Assembly: GCA_034530615.2 (NCBI GenBank)
Contig: JAVRCV020000041.1
Span: forward strand, 128,001-192,000
DNA length: 64,000 nucleotides
Reading direction: 5' to 3'
Origin: Aulosira sp. ZfuVER01
GTDB lineage: Bacteria; Cyanobacteriota; Cyanobacteriia; Cyanobacteriales; Nostocaceae
Shown: one piece after another, positions 52,809 to 62,675 of the stretch
How positions within the stretch are numbered: position 1 is the stretch's first letter
How the letters are laid out: each line of letters starts with the position of its first letter
Position numbers and translations under genes: made by a program
Notes under the pieces: generated by a model
Databases searched by the model: none
Told to the model about the DNA's origin: nothing
The model's input: the letters and a program-made list of their open reading frames with translations, nothing else

Positions 52809-52814
52809 AAGCCT

Positions 52815-53981
52815 CTACTTTGTTCCTAAAAGCAGAGTTACAAAAGTTTCTTGGTGGTAATAAGAAGAACCTTGAGGTTCTAAGGGAGCAAATTCACCAT
52901 AAGTATAAAATCCACAAATAGGGATTTCAGAAGAGAGTGCATTATGAACGAGCTGATATTCTTCTTTTGCTCTTGTGCCTAAAAGCCAACGACGGCAGCA
53001 ACAAGAAAATAACAAAACGGCTTCTGGTTCGGTTCCGGGATAATTTGCTAGAGCCTTATGCAAGGAAGTTTCAGCCGCAGCAATCACTTCATCCCTGCTA
53101 ATATCTGTGACTTGAACTATAGCTTGCACCGGAATATTACCGAGAAAATTGATACTACCAGTTTCAATGTCGTAAGTGTTAGGCACCCGCATATAGTAGC
53201 GATCGCTATCTCCTTCGTATACTGCTAATGGATGCTCCGCAGTTGGTGGGCGATCGCCTAAATACCGTTGATAATATTCCAATGCCGATTTGCCATCAAT
53301 CTCGTGAAGGACGGTTCCCTGAGCCTTGGTGACAATGCTTTTGTGTCCAATGGGTTGCCAACCACAGGCGATTCCATAGGAAAATTGGATATCTCCAGAA
53401 AGTATCAGAACTGGTAGAGAATCAGTTAGCACTTCATTGCGGAAAAATTGGTAGGTTTTTTGAAACCTAAACTGATCTCCCGCAGTACCACCTAAAATTG
53501 GCATCTGGGAACCCAAAGCTAGTTTTAGTCCGTGGAGAATTAACTCTCCATTAGTCGTTGAACCATCTTCTATATAGCTGGCTGGAACAGTAATACATAA
53601 TTTCGCACTATTATTACTTTTCGCTGTCGCTTGTTGCACAGCTTGGTGAGCAGCCGCAAAGGGGTTTTCTTTTACTCCATATCCTACACCAGCATGAATT
53701 TCTACAGTATCAGAGCTAAAGAGCATTAGCGTCAAAGAATCTTGTTGGAACCCTAAAACTGAAGAGGCTTCACCATCTGTGGTGCAACCAATCAAATCAA
53801 TTTCGGGAAACACCCGGTTAATTTCTTTGAGGATTAACTGATGCTCAAAATCAATACCAGCAAATAAAATACCTGCCTGGGGTATAACCTCTGCTAAATC
53901 GTGAACACACTGTTCTAAAATTTCTGCAATTGCACTTTGAGAATCTGGGTCTTCGCTATGACCAACAACAACTTTTAACAT
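52815..53981 (-). CDS. FIST-domain (NosP-like) sensor protein
   Basis: LIGCTTDGE, LGGTAGD, GWQPIG, EIDGKSA, FSCCCRR, GFYTYGE. Confidence 0.88.
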   Translation of the reverse strand: MLKVVVGHSEDPDSQSAIAEILEQCVHDLAEVIPQAGILFAGIDFEHQLILKEINRVFPEIDLIGCTTDGEASSVLGFQQDSLTLMLFSSDTVEIHAGVGYGVKENPFAAAHQAVQQATAKSNNSAKLCITVPASYIEDGSTTNGELILHGLKLALGSQMPILGGTAGDQFRFQKTYQFFRNEVLTDSLPVLILSGDIQFSYGIACGWQPIGHKSIVTKAQGTVLHEIDGKSALEYYQRYLGDRPPTAEHPLAVYEGDSDRYYMRVPNTYDIETGSINFLGNIPVQAIVQVTDISRDEVIAAAETSLHKALANYPGTEPEAVLLFSCCCRRWLLGTRAKEEYQLVHNALSSEIPICGFYTYGEFAPLEPQGSSYYHQETFVTLLLGTK

Positions 53982-54311
53982 TAATTGTCTCCTATTAACG
54001 AGAGCGTGCTACTGGAGCATAAATTTCTCAGTTAATTTTGCCCATAAGTTTAGTTGTGATCTCAGCTACAAATTAAATTTACATAATAAATTTAATTATT
54101 TAGTATTAGCTTTAAAACTAAGCGAAACCATAACCATAAGCGACTTGGAACTCTTTTATAGTAGACTTTTTGCCTCGTTCCACCGAGCCTTAGCTGTACT
54201 TAGAATTGGTAATTTATTCAGGAAGTGTGTTAAAATTAAGTTAAATAAAGTTGAAAAAATTTTAAAAATTTATCTCTAGCAATAGATGCATAACCTAAAA
54301 GCTGTATTGCA

Positions 54312-55565
54312 TCAATCATATGATTGCAAAAAATGTCCTATTAAATATAAAGAACCGCACAAAACAACTAAATTCTCAGTAGAAGTAAAAGCAGCTTCTA
54401 GGGCTGAAGATAAATCTGGATAAGATTGGCAAAAATCTAAGCTTGGGCAAACATTAACAGCTAACTTCGCTAATTCATCAGGAACGGCTGAAGAAGTATC
54501 TGGTATTGGTACGAGAAATAATCTATCTCCTTGGCGTAACAAGGCTTGGAAAATATCAGCATGGTCTTTATTTGCCATCATTCCCATAACCCAAGTTACT
54601 GTGGGAGCCTTCAATGTATCCACATAATCGCGTAATACTTCAGCGCCCGCAGGGTTATGGGCACCATCGAGTAATAATTTATGTTTTTTCCAAGTAACCC
54701 ATTGGATACGCCCAGGCCATTTGGTTTTTGCCATGCCATTAATTATCGCTGTTTGAGAAATTTGCCATTTTTGCTTTTGGAGAATTTCTATAGCAGCTAA
54801 AGCTAAGGCAGAATTAGTTAATTGAATTTGTCCCTGTAAAGGTAGAGGATATTGAATTAATTTAGAATTTTCCAGAGTTTGATACTCAGCCCATCCTGAA
54901 GATATTGGACGCGCAGGCTGAGGCGTAAACATTGGGCATTGTAATTCTTGAATTCGCGATCGCACAACTTCTTGGGCATCTTTGGGTAATGGCCCCACAA
55001 CCGCAGGACAACCATTTTTGAGAATCCCGGCTTTTTCTCTAGCAATATCCGCAACAGTAGGGCCTAATTGCTGCCAGTGTTCGCGGCTGATAGAGGTAAT
55101 TATCGTCACCAAAGGTTGTTCACAAACATTAGTCGCATCCAAGCGCCCTCCCAATCCAACTTCTACCACCGCCACATCGACTTGCTGCTCGGCAAAATAT
55201 AACCAAGCAGCGGCTGTAATTACTTCAAACTGAGTTGGCGATTCATCATCAGGAGCGTTCGCATCTTGAACTTTTTGTAATAATTGGTACAATTTCTCGG
55301 CAGAAATTGGCTGTTCATTAATACAAATACGTTCTGTCCAATCAACTAAATGAGGCGAGATATAACGTCCTGTACGATAGCCAGCTTCAGTCAGAATCGA
55401 GGAAAGATAGGCGCATACAGAACCTTTGCCATTAGTACCCGCAACATGAATTATCGGAACTTGGTGATGAGGATTCCCAAGATTTGCCAATAGTTTGACA
55501 ATACGTGAGAGTCCCAGATTGATGCCAAAGGGTTGAAAGGATTTTAGTAGAGTGTCAATATCCAC
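54312..55565 (-). CDS. folC: Folylpolyglutamate synthase/dihydrofolate synthase
   Basis: HVAGTNGKGS, EVGLGGRLDATN, WPGR, LDGAHN, GSLYLIG. Confidence 0.95.
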   Translation of the reverse strand: MDIDTLLKSFQPFGINLGLSRIVKLLANLGNPHHQVPIIHVAGTNGKGSVCAYLSSILTEAGYRTGRYISPHLVDWTERICINEQPISAEKLYQLLQKVQDANAPDDESPTQFEVITAAAWLYFAEQQVDVAVVEVGLGGRLDATNVCEQPLVTIITSISREHWQQLGPTVADIAREKAGILKNGCPAVVGPLPKDAQEVVRSRIQELQCPMFTPQPARPISSGWAEYQTLENSKLIQYPLPLQGQIQLTNSALALAAIEILQKQKWQISQTAIINGMAKTKWPGRIQWVTWKKHKLLLDGAHNPAGAEVLRDYVDTLKAPTVTWVMGMMANKDHADIFQALLRQGDRLFLVPIPDTSSAVPDELAKLAVNVCPSLDFCQSYPDLSSALEAAFTSTENLVVLCGSLYLIGHFLQSYD

Positions 55566-55569
55566 GATT

Positions 55570-55745
55570 GGGGGATGAGGGGGATGAGGGGGATGAGGGG
55601 GAGAAGAGGGACAAGGAGGATGGGGGAGTGTGGGGAGAGAGGGTAGAAACGAACCACACTTTCTTGATTAGCTCCCCCCCCGTCTTCCCCATCCTCCCAC
55701 ACTTCCCACACTCCTTGTTTGCCCCATGCCCAATGCCCCATTCCC
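55570..55745. repeat. 9-mer (GGGGGATGA) and heptamer (GCCCCAT) tandem tracts
   Basis: Visible tandem units; purine-rich left arm and pyrimidine-rich right arm are loosely complementary. Confidence 0.8.
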
Positions 55746-55757
55746 TAAATACCAATA

Positions 55758-55791
55758 AACCGACTGTTCCTGTAAAAAGAAACAGTCGGTT
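55758..55791 (-). terminator. Putative terminator of psbY
   Basis: AACCGACTGTT-N12-AACAGTCGGTT, 25 nt after the psbY stop. Confidence 0.7.
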
Positions 55792-55816
55792 AAAGTATGT
55801 TAATTTTTATTCGAGT

Positions 55817-55942
55817 TTAGGCTTCTCTGTTTAAAAAGTTTTGAACTTGTTGTAATGCAGCAGCACCAATGTTAAATAAAGCCCAACCAGCAGCAATGGC
55901 GACGGGTGCTAAAACGAGTGCTACGCGGAAATCAATGTCCAT
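55817..55942 (-). CDS. psbY: Photosystem II protein Y (41 aa, absent from the ORF track)
   Basis: Manual translation [45 protein letters not shown] upstream. Confidence 0.93.
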   Translation of the reverse strand: MDIDFRVALVLAPVAIAAGWALFNIGAAALQQVQNFLNREA

Positions 55943-56145
55943 ATTCAGAACCCTCTGTTAAATAAATTAAAGTTTTGTCAACTGCTCTCATTTTTATTGT
56001 TAGCTGAAGTGGGCAATTTTGCCAGCCCTATATGTAAAGAATGTTTACAATTTTGTCATTGGTCATGGGTCAAGAGTCAAAAGGCTATAGTAGTTTCTTC
56101 CTTGTCCTCCCTGTCCTCCCTGTCCCCCTTTTACCCTCTTCTCCC

Positions 56146-56676
56146 TCACTGGGGCTTGGGAAATCCAATATCATTTCCCTTACCAGCATGAACCAAAGCT
56201 AACTTTTGATAACGTTCAGCGTGTTCGAGCAGTTCTGCGGCTTCGGTATCTGTGATTTGGCGTAGCACTTTGCCAGGAACGCCCACGACCAAGGAAAATG
56301 GTGGTATATCCTTAGTTACTACAGCACCAGCACCAATTATGCTACTAGCACCTACCCTGACCCCATCTAAAATTATTGCGCCAATACCAATCAAACTACC
56401 TCGTTCAATATAGGCAGAATGTATCACAGCGCGATGTCCTACGGTGACACGATCTTCTAAGATGGTAGGAAAACCAGGGTCGCAGTGTAGGATAGCGCCA
56501 TCTTGTATATTCGTGCATTCACCAATATCAATGCGTTCTACATCTCCTCTGACTACTGCTCCATACCAAATACTTACCCCTGCCTTGATGTTTACCGAAC
56601 CGATAACGATCGCATTGGCTGCAATAAAGGCAGCAACAGAAAAATCAGGAGATGGCCAGTAAGAAGCTGTAGACAC
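56146..56676 (-). CDS. Gamma carbonic anhydrase-family hexapeptide-repeat protein
   Basis: VVRGDVE.I.IG..TNIQDGAILH, VTVGHRAVIH; GTG start at 56676 inferred. Confidence 0.9.
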   Translation of the reverse strand: MSTASYWPSPDFSVAAFIAANAIVIGSVNIKAGVSIWYGAVVRGDVERIDIGECTNIQDGAILHCDPGFPTILEDRVTVGHRAVIHSAYIERGSLIGIGAIILDGVRVGASSIIGAGAVVTKDIPPFSLVVGVPGKVLRQITDTEAAELLEHAERYQKLALVHAGKGNDIGFPKPQ

Positions 56677-56915
56677 GATAGAATATGAATATGGTACCCA
56701 GGAACACTGGAGAAACTCCAACATTTCAGGCTGGTTGCAAAACCAGAATATCACAGGGTCAAGCTTCTATGCTGAGGAAGACCATAGTGAATAATGTTCC
56801 GTCAGCCAGTCACTGACTGTGTAGCCGTGAACAGATAAACCAAAGTGGTGGAGCCGAAGTGTAAAATCCAAACCACTGGTGCTGGTGAAGACAAAACTAT
56901 GTTTCTACGCACTTC

Positions 56916-57431
56916 ATGATGAATCCAGGCTTGCAGTACCCAATATTTGGTCCCGAAATTCAGTGTCCCCACTGTCGCCAAACCATTCCGGCGCTGACAC
57001 TCACAGATACCTATTTGTGTCCGCGTCATGGGGCGTTTGAGGCTAATCCGAAAACTGGTGAATTAATTCATTTACAGTCGGGGCGGCATTGGCGAAAGTG
57101 GAATAGTGAATGGTACAGACAACATACCCATCCTGATGGTATTAGGTTTGAAATTCACGAAGCCCTAGATAAGCTATATACCCAAGGTTATCGAGCAACG
57201 CGGGTGATTATTGCTCGTCGATATCAAGAATTGATGAGTGGCTATTTAGAACGCAGCACTCCTTGGCGTTCTGGACAACAGCCGGAAAATACATCAGCGC
57301 GACTGTACGGTTTACCTGTGGAGTTTAGCCCCGATCCCACAGATGAGCCCTGTTGGGAAGTGATTAATTTTGATTTGGAAAAAGAGCCTGGTGTCCCCGT
57401 GCGCTATCCTTATTTCCGATTATTTGAGTAG
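56916..57431 (+). CDS. Conserved cyanobacterial protein (TIGR02652-like) with a CxxC...CxxH zinc-binding motif
   Basis: CPHCRQ..LTLTDTYLCPRHG, HTHPDGIRFEIHEALD. Confidence 0.8.
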   Translation: MMNPGLQYPIFGPEIQCPHCRQTIPALTLTDTYLCPRHGAFEANPKTGELIHLQSGRHWRKWNSEWYRQHTHPDGIRFEIHEALDKLYTQGYRATRVIIARRYQELMSGYLERSTPWRSGQQPENTSARLYGLPVEFSPDPTDEPCWEVINFDLEKEPGVPVRYPYFRLFE

Positions 57432-57446
57432 TAAGTCAGTGCTGAG

Positions 57447-57491
57447 GAGCCAGTTGCGTGGGCGGATCTCCCGACTTGAGCAAACTGGCGT
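57447..57491 (-). repeat. 45-bp small dispersed repeat within a TGCTGAG heptamer tract
   Basis: Reverse complement ACGCCAGTTTGCTCAAGTCGGGAGATCCGCCCACGCAACTGGCTC; TGCTGAG on both sides. Confidence 0.75.
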
Positions 57492-57635
57492 TGCTGAGTT
57501 TTGATTAATAATACCTAGTGGTTGCTCTTATTTAAAAAGTGTCCAGAAACCTTTAAAAAAGAGTATTTCTGAGGTGGTGAAACAAAATTTTTCACTGACA
57601 ACTCAAAACTCAAAACTCGTGACTCAGCACTGCTT

Positions 57636-58061
57636 ATGCACCACGCTTCGATTCGGACTGCGAATATTCATCAGGCGATCGCCTTCTATGAACAATTGGG
57701 GTTTACAGTTTGTGAACGCTTCACTACAGGCTACACCCTAGCTTGTTGGATGGAAGGATTGGGTGGCAGAATTGAACTCATCCAAATTCCTGAACCGAAA
57801 CCAGCCCCAGATGCTTTTGCAGACGAACATTATGTGGGCTACTATCATCTGTCATTCGATTTAACGGCAATAACTCCAGATTTACCCAGTTGGTTAAATA
57901 TTTTACAACAACGATTGGTAACAGCAGACCTACAACCGCTGAAAGTACTTTTACAACCTACACAGCAGCAAATAGGCGATCGCATTTTTGAAGTTGCTTT
58001 TATCGCAGATACTGATGGCTTACCCCTGGAATTCATTCGGATTTTAGCAAAACTCAACTAA
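57636..58061 (+). CDS. VOC-family protein
   Basis: MHHASIRT, RIELIQ, GYYHLSF, FIADTDGLPLEF. Confidence 0.85.
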   Translation: MHHASIRTANIHQAIAFYEQLGFTVCERFTTGYTLACWMEGLGGRIELIQIPEPKPAPDAFADEHYVGYYHLSFDLTAITPDLPSWLNILQQRLVTADLQPLKVLLQPTQQQIGDRIFEVAFIADTDGLPLEFIRILAKLN

Positions 58062-58193
58062 TTTTGATTATTTCTCCTGGTAGAATAGCTGATCTCGGTA
58101 GTTTTGCTTAGGTGACAAAGGGATCGCAAAGATTAGACTATAGTCATCAAGACAAATAAATGTAACTTAGTTTACAGAGTATCTGCAAAATCC

Positions 58194-61022
58194 ATGTCTC
58201 TGTTTTCCACCTTATATCGATATCGTTTTCCATTGTTGCTGTTAAGTCTATGGATGATTGCAGTGTTTTTATTTGGTGGTAAACCTGCTGATAGCCAACA
58301 CATAGTTGTGTCCCAGCAGATACATACTCAATCAAGCGTACATGCACAAACAATCAAACTCCCAACAGTGACAGAAAACGTCCGCAAGACATTGCTAGAG
58401 AATGGTCTCACGGTACTGACAAAGGAAGTGCATACTGCGCCAGTAGTAACTGTACAGGTTTGGTACAAGGTAGGTTCGCGCAACGAAGAACCTGGAGTCA
58501 ATGGGATCGCTCACCAGTTAGAACACATGATGTTTAAAGGCACGCAAAATCGTCCAGTGCAATTTGGGCGATTATTTAGTGCTTTAGGCAGCGACTCCAA
58601 CGCTCTCACCAGCTACGATCAAACCGCATATTACAGCACTGCGGAACGGAATAAGCTCAAAGCACTGCTAATTTTGGAAGCAGATCGGATGCAAAACTCG
58701 CTAATTGAGACAGAGCAACTAGCAAGTGAAAAGCGAGTAGTGATTTCTGAGTTACAAGGTTACGAAAATAGCCCGGAATACCGCCTGAACCGCGCTGTGC
58801 TCCGAGCAGCTTTTCCCAATCATGCTTACGGGTTGCCTGTAGGTGGTACAAAAGCTGATGTGGAAAAATTTACAGTTGAGCAGGTACGGCATTACTATCG
58901 CAAATTTTACAGTCCCGACAATGCCATTTTAGTGATTGTCGGAGATTTTCAAACTGCCCCAACTCTAGAAGCAGTTGAAGAGATATTTGGGAAATTACCA
59001 AGCAACAGTACTGAGGAACAAGTCACGAGTGGCGAATCAAAACCACTCAGCACTAAAAACTCAACACTCAACACTCCCATTGTGCTGCGAGAAGCAGGAG
59101 CAGGGGAAATGTTGCAAGCAGTGTATCCCCTACCCGATGTGCATCACCCAGATATGCCAGCTTTGCAAGTGATGGATTACATTTTGACAGAAGGACGAAG
59201 TTCTCGGCTTTACCAGGCATTAGTGGAATCAGGTTTAGCTAACGAGATCAGCGCTTCTGTAGCTAGCTTGCGAGAATTTGGCTGGTACGAACTTTTAGTG
59301 ACAGCTGCTCCTAATCAAAATTTAACCAAAATCGACTCCGTGCTGAAAAGAGCGATCGCCAATGTCATAAAAACAGGAGTGACAGCAGAGGAAGTCAATC
59401 GAGCTAAGACGCAATTAGAAGCGACAGTCATTTTAGCTAACCGTGATATCACCGATCAAGCAATGCAATTGGGCAATGATGAGACAACTACTAGCGATTA
59501 TCGCCATACAGAACGCTTCTTAGCAAATGTTCGCAAGGTAAATCCGGCGGATGTGGTGGCGGTGGTAAACAAATACCTCACACCAGAAGCGCGTGTAGTC
59601 GGCTTGTTTGAACCAACCCAAAAAAAGTCAAAAGCAAGTACAGCTAAATCACATTCCACACAAACTACAGAAAATTTCTCTCCAGGAGCACCTGTAGCCT
59701 CAGCCGAGCTATTAAAGTACCTGCCTCCTGTCGATGAAGCAATAGAAATGGGTAAGCGAGAATTACCACAACAATTTACCTTTGCTAATGGTTTGCGCTT
59801 ATTACTATTGCCCGATCGCAGTACTCCCACAGTTACCCTCAGCGGCCACATCAACGCAGGTACAGAATTTGACCCAGAGGATAAAGCTGGATTAGCGTCT
59901 TTGGTAGCAGATAACTTAATGAATGGTACTAAAACCAAAGATTTTTTAACAATTGCCAAAACATTGGAAGAACGAGGAGCCGCTCTAGAGTTTAGGGCAT
60001 ACCGCGAAGGCGTGCGGATTGAAGGTGATAGTTTAGCTGGGGACTTGCCTGTACTCTTAAAAACCCTAGCAGACGTAGTTAAAAATAGTACATTTCCCGC
60101 TAGAGAGTTGGAACTGGATCGCAAACAAGCTGTAACTTCTCTAAAAATAGAACTGGACGATCCAGATGAAGTCGCAAATAGAACATTTATTCAGTCGATT
60201 TACCCGAAAAACCATCCCTTGCATACTTTCCCTACAGAGAAAAGCCTCAAGCAGATTAAGCGTCCGGATGCGATCGCTTTTAAGACCAAACATTATCGTC
60301 CAGACACAACAGTGTTAGCACTGGTAGGAGATTTCGATCCAGCAAAAGTGCGATCGCTCATTCAACATGAGTTTGGCGATTGGCAAGTTAGCGGTCAACC
60401 GCCAACATTACAATATCCTCAGGTATCGCTGCCAGAAGGAGTAGTACGTGTAAACTCAATTATCCCAGGCAAAGCCCAAGCCAGTACTTATATGGGTTAC
60501 AAGGGCATTAACCGTCAAGATCCTCGATATTACGCAGCCTCTGTTTTAAATCAGATTTTAGGAGGCGATACCTTATCCAGTAGACTTGGTGCAGAAGTTC
60601 GCGATCGCCAAGGTCTGACTTATGGAATTTATAGCTACTTCCAAGTTGGCAAGAATTTTGGGACATTTTGGATTGAAATCCAAACTAGCCCAGAAGATAC
60701 CAGTAAAGCGATCGCCAGCACTCACAAACTCTTAAAACAAATTCATCAGCAAGGCGTCACTGCATCAGAAATTGAGGCGGCTAAACAAACTCTGATCGGC
60801 AACTACAATGTTTCTTTAGCTAACCCAGAGGAATTAACCAAAAGTATTTTGATGAATCAGGTGTATGGACTTGATGAAGTCGAACTGCGCTCTTTTACAG
60901 AAAAAATTCAGGAAGTAACCCTGGCTCAAGTCAATCAAGCTGCGCGTGAGTTACTTCATCCAGATAAAATTGTGGTAGTGACTGCTGGCCCTGCTGTATT
61001 AGCAGAGCAAAACATTAAGTAA
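58194..61022 (+). CDS. M16B zinc peptidase (fused two-module, PqqL-like) with an N-terminal signal/TM segment
   Basis: HQLEH (HxxEH) motif; second inactive module with SSRL..EVRDRQGLTY. Confidence 0.92.
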   Translation: MSLFSTLYRYRFPLLLLSLWMIAVFLFGGKPADSQHIVVSQQIHTQSSVHAQTIKLPTVTENVRKTLLENGLTVLTKEVHTAPVVTVQVWYKVGSRNEEPGVNGIAHQLEHMMFKGTQNRPVQFGRLFSALGSDSNALTSYDQTAYYSTAERNKLKALLILEADRMQNSLIETEQLASEKRVVISELQGYENSPEYRLNRAVLRAAFPNHAYGLPVGGTKADVEKFTVEQVRHYYRKFYSPDNAILVIVGDFQTAPTLEAVEEIFGKLPSNSTEEQVTSGESKPLSTKNSTLNTPIVLREAGAGEMLQAVYPLPDVHHPDMPALQVMDYILTEGRSSRLYQALVESGLANEISASVASLREFGWYELLVTAAPNQNLTKIDSVLKRAIANVIKTGVTAEEVNRAKTQLEATVILANRDITDQAMQLGNDETTTSDYRHTERFLANVRKVNPADVVAVVNKYLTPEARVVGLFEPTQKKSKASTAKSHSTQTTENFSPGAPVASAELLKYLPPVDEAIEMGKRELPQQFTFANGLRLLLLPDRSTPTVTLSGHINAGTEFDPEDKAGLASLVADNLMNGTKTKDFLTIAKTLEERGAALEFRAYREGVRIEGDSLAGDLPVLLKTLADVVKNSTFPARELELDRKQAVTSLKIELDDPDEVANRTFIQSIYPKNHPLHTFPTEKSLKQIKRPDAIAFKTKHYRPDTTVLALVGDFDPAKVRSLIQHEFGDWQVSGQPPTLQYPQVSLPEGVVRVNSIIPGKAQASTYMGYKGINRQDPRYYAASVLNQILGGDTLSSRLGAEVRDRQGLTYGIYSYFQVGKNFGTFWIEIQTSPEDTSKAIASTHKLLKQIHQQGVTASEIEAAKQTLIGNYNVSLANPEELTKSILMNQVYGLDEVELRSFTEKIQEVTLAQVNQAARELLHPDKIVVVTAGPAVLAEQNIK

Positions 61023-61056
61023 AAATTCTTGAATTTACATTACTAATTTTCCTAGA

Positions 61057-61515
61057 ATGCAAGCAATCAAGCGGATTTACATTATCCTGTTGTTAATGCT
61101 GTGCTTTAGTATTAGCAATACTAATTCGGCTTTAGCTGCAAATGTATCTGGCGATTTACTCAAGCAAGCTGCTATCGAAATTCCAGTTAGCTTGGGAAAC
61201 GCAGCTAACGAACTCAAATTTGAGCCAAACAACTTGAAATTTGTGACTGGTAAACGCTACAACCTCCGGCTCACCAATCCTAGCCAACAAAAGCATTATT
61301 TTACCGCCAAGGACTTTGCTGATGGCATCTGGACGCAAAAAGTTGAAGCAGGCAAAGTAGAAATTAAAGGAGCCATCCACGAAGTAGAACTGAAACCAGG
61401 TGCTACAGCCGAATGGGTATTTGTACCGCTGAAACCTGGAAAATATACTCTACGTTGCTCTGTAGCAGGACATACAGAAGCAGGCATGACTGGTGAAATT
61501 ACCGTCAGCAATTAA
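61057..61515 (+). CDS. Secreted cupredoxin-domain protein
   Basis: Signal peptide; H...C-x4-H-x4-M (CSVAGHTEAGM). Confidence 0.88.
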   Translation: MQAIKRIYIILLLMLCFSISNTNSALAANVSGDLLKQAAIEIPVSLGNAANELKFEPNNLKFVTGKRYNLRLTNPSQQKHYFTAKDFADGIWTQKVEAGKVEIKGAIHEVELKPGATAEWVFVPLKPGKYTLRCSVAGHTEAGMTGEITVSN

Positions 61516-61734
61516 AAATTCCCAAGTTAAAATTATTGGACTAAACAAGACGAGGTGACGCAAACAATGAATGTACGCCATCTCCCAAATTTTATGCTGC
61601 GGAGTGGTTCACTGGCCGTAAACAGCAAATTCGTAAGTAAAAAATAAGTTAATTTAAATATAGATATTATTTCTCAACTAACGTAGAAAAAATTTCACTT
61701 TCAGCGTTCCTGCGCCAATTACTTTGAATTTCCC

Positions 61735-62562
61735 ATGAACATCCTCAGTAACTTACTTGGTCAAACAACTCAACCGCCATCACCAAAAAAACAACGCCGA
61801 GGTATCGAAATAAAATCGCCGCGAGAAATTGAAATTATGCGGCAATCAGCAAAAATTGTCGCAACTGTACTCAAAGAAATTTCTGAATTAGTACAGCCAG
61901 GAATGACTACAGCTGACTTGGATGCTCATGCGGAAAAACGTATCCGAGAAATGGGTGCAACACCAAGCTTTAAGGGATATCACGGATTTCCTGCTTCGAT
62001 CTGCTCCAGCATTAACAATGAAGTTGTACACGGAATTCCTAGCCCAAAGAAAGTAATTCGCACTGGGGATGTATTAAAAGTAGATACGGGCGCTTATTAC
62101 CAAGGTTTTCATGGCGATTCTTGCATTACAATTGCCGTGGGTGAAGTTACCCCAGAAGCCGCTAAATTGATTCGCGTAGCTGAGGAAGCTCTCTATAAAG
62201 GTATTGAACAAGTGAAAGCAGGTGTATATTTGCTGGATCTTGCCGGGGCAATTGAAGACCATGTAAAAGCTAACGGTTTTACTGTGGTTGAAGAATTTAC
62301 CGGACACGGCGTAGGACGTAACCTACACGAAGAACCTTCAGTATTCAACTTCCGCACCAGAGAAATGCCAAATGTCAAATTACGTGCGGGAATGACTTTG
62401 GCAATTGAGCCAATTTTAAATGCAGGTTCAAAGCATACAAGAACTTTAGCCGATCGCTGGACAGCGGTGACAGTTGATAATGCTTTATCAGCACAGTTTG
62501 AGCATACTGTTTTGGTGACAGAAACGGGCTATGAAATTTTGACCGATCGCACGAAAGTTTAA
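61735..62562 (+). CDS. map: Type I methionine aminopeptidase
   Basis: VVHGIP, GHGVG..LHEEP, AIEP, SAQFEHT. Confidence 0.96.
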   Translation: MNILSNLLGQTTQPPSPKKQRRGIEIKSPREIEIMRQSAKIVATVLKEISELVQPGMTTADLDAHAEKRIREMGATPSFKGYHGFPASICSSINNEVVHGIPSPKKVIRTGDVLKVDTGAYYQGFHGDSCITIAVGEVTPEAAKLIRVAEEALYKGIEQVKAGVYLLDLAGAIEDHVKANGFTVVEEFTGHGVGRNLHEEPSVFNFRTREMPNVKLRAGMTLAIEPILNAGSKHTRTLADRWTAVTVDNALSAQFEHTVLVTETGYEILTDRTKV

Positions 62563-62675
62563 TAGCCCTTTGGGCAAGGCAGAAGGCAGAAGGAGTTTTA
62601 GATTTTTATCCAGCTAAGTGATAGTTACAAAACTCTAGCCACTGCTTACCCAGTGGGAATACCTGAGGGTGAACT

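Noticed and set aside
55544..55834. Several 65-88 aa ORFs between folC and psbY
   Set aside because: Low-complexity translations of repeat tracts.
59498..60124. 208-aa minus-strand ORF
   Set aside because: Antisense shadow of the M16 peptidase with no recognisable motifs.
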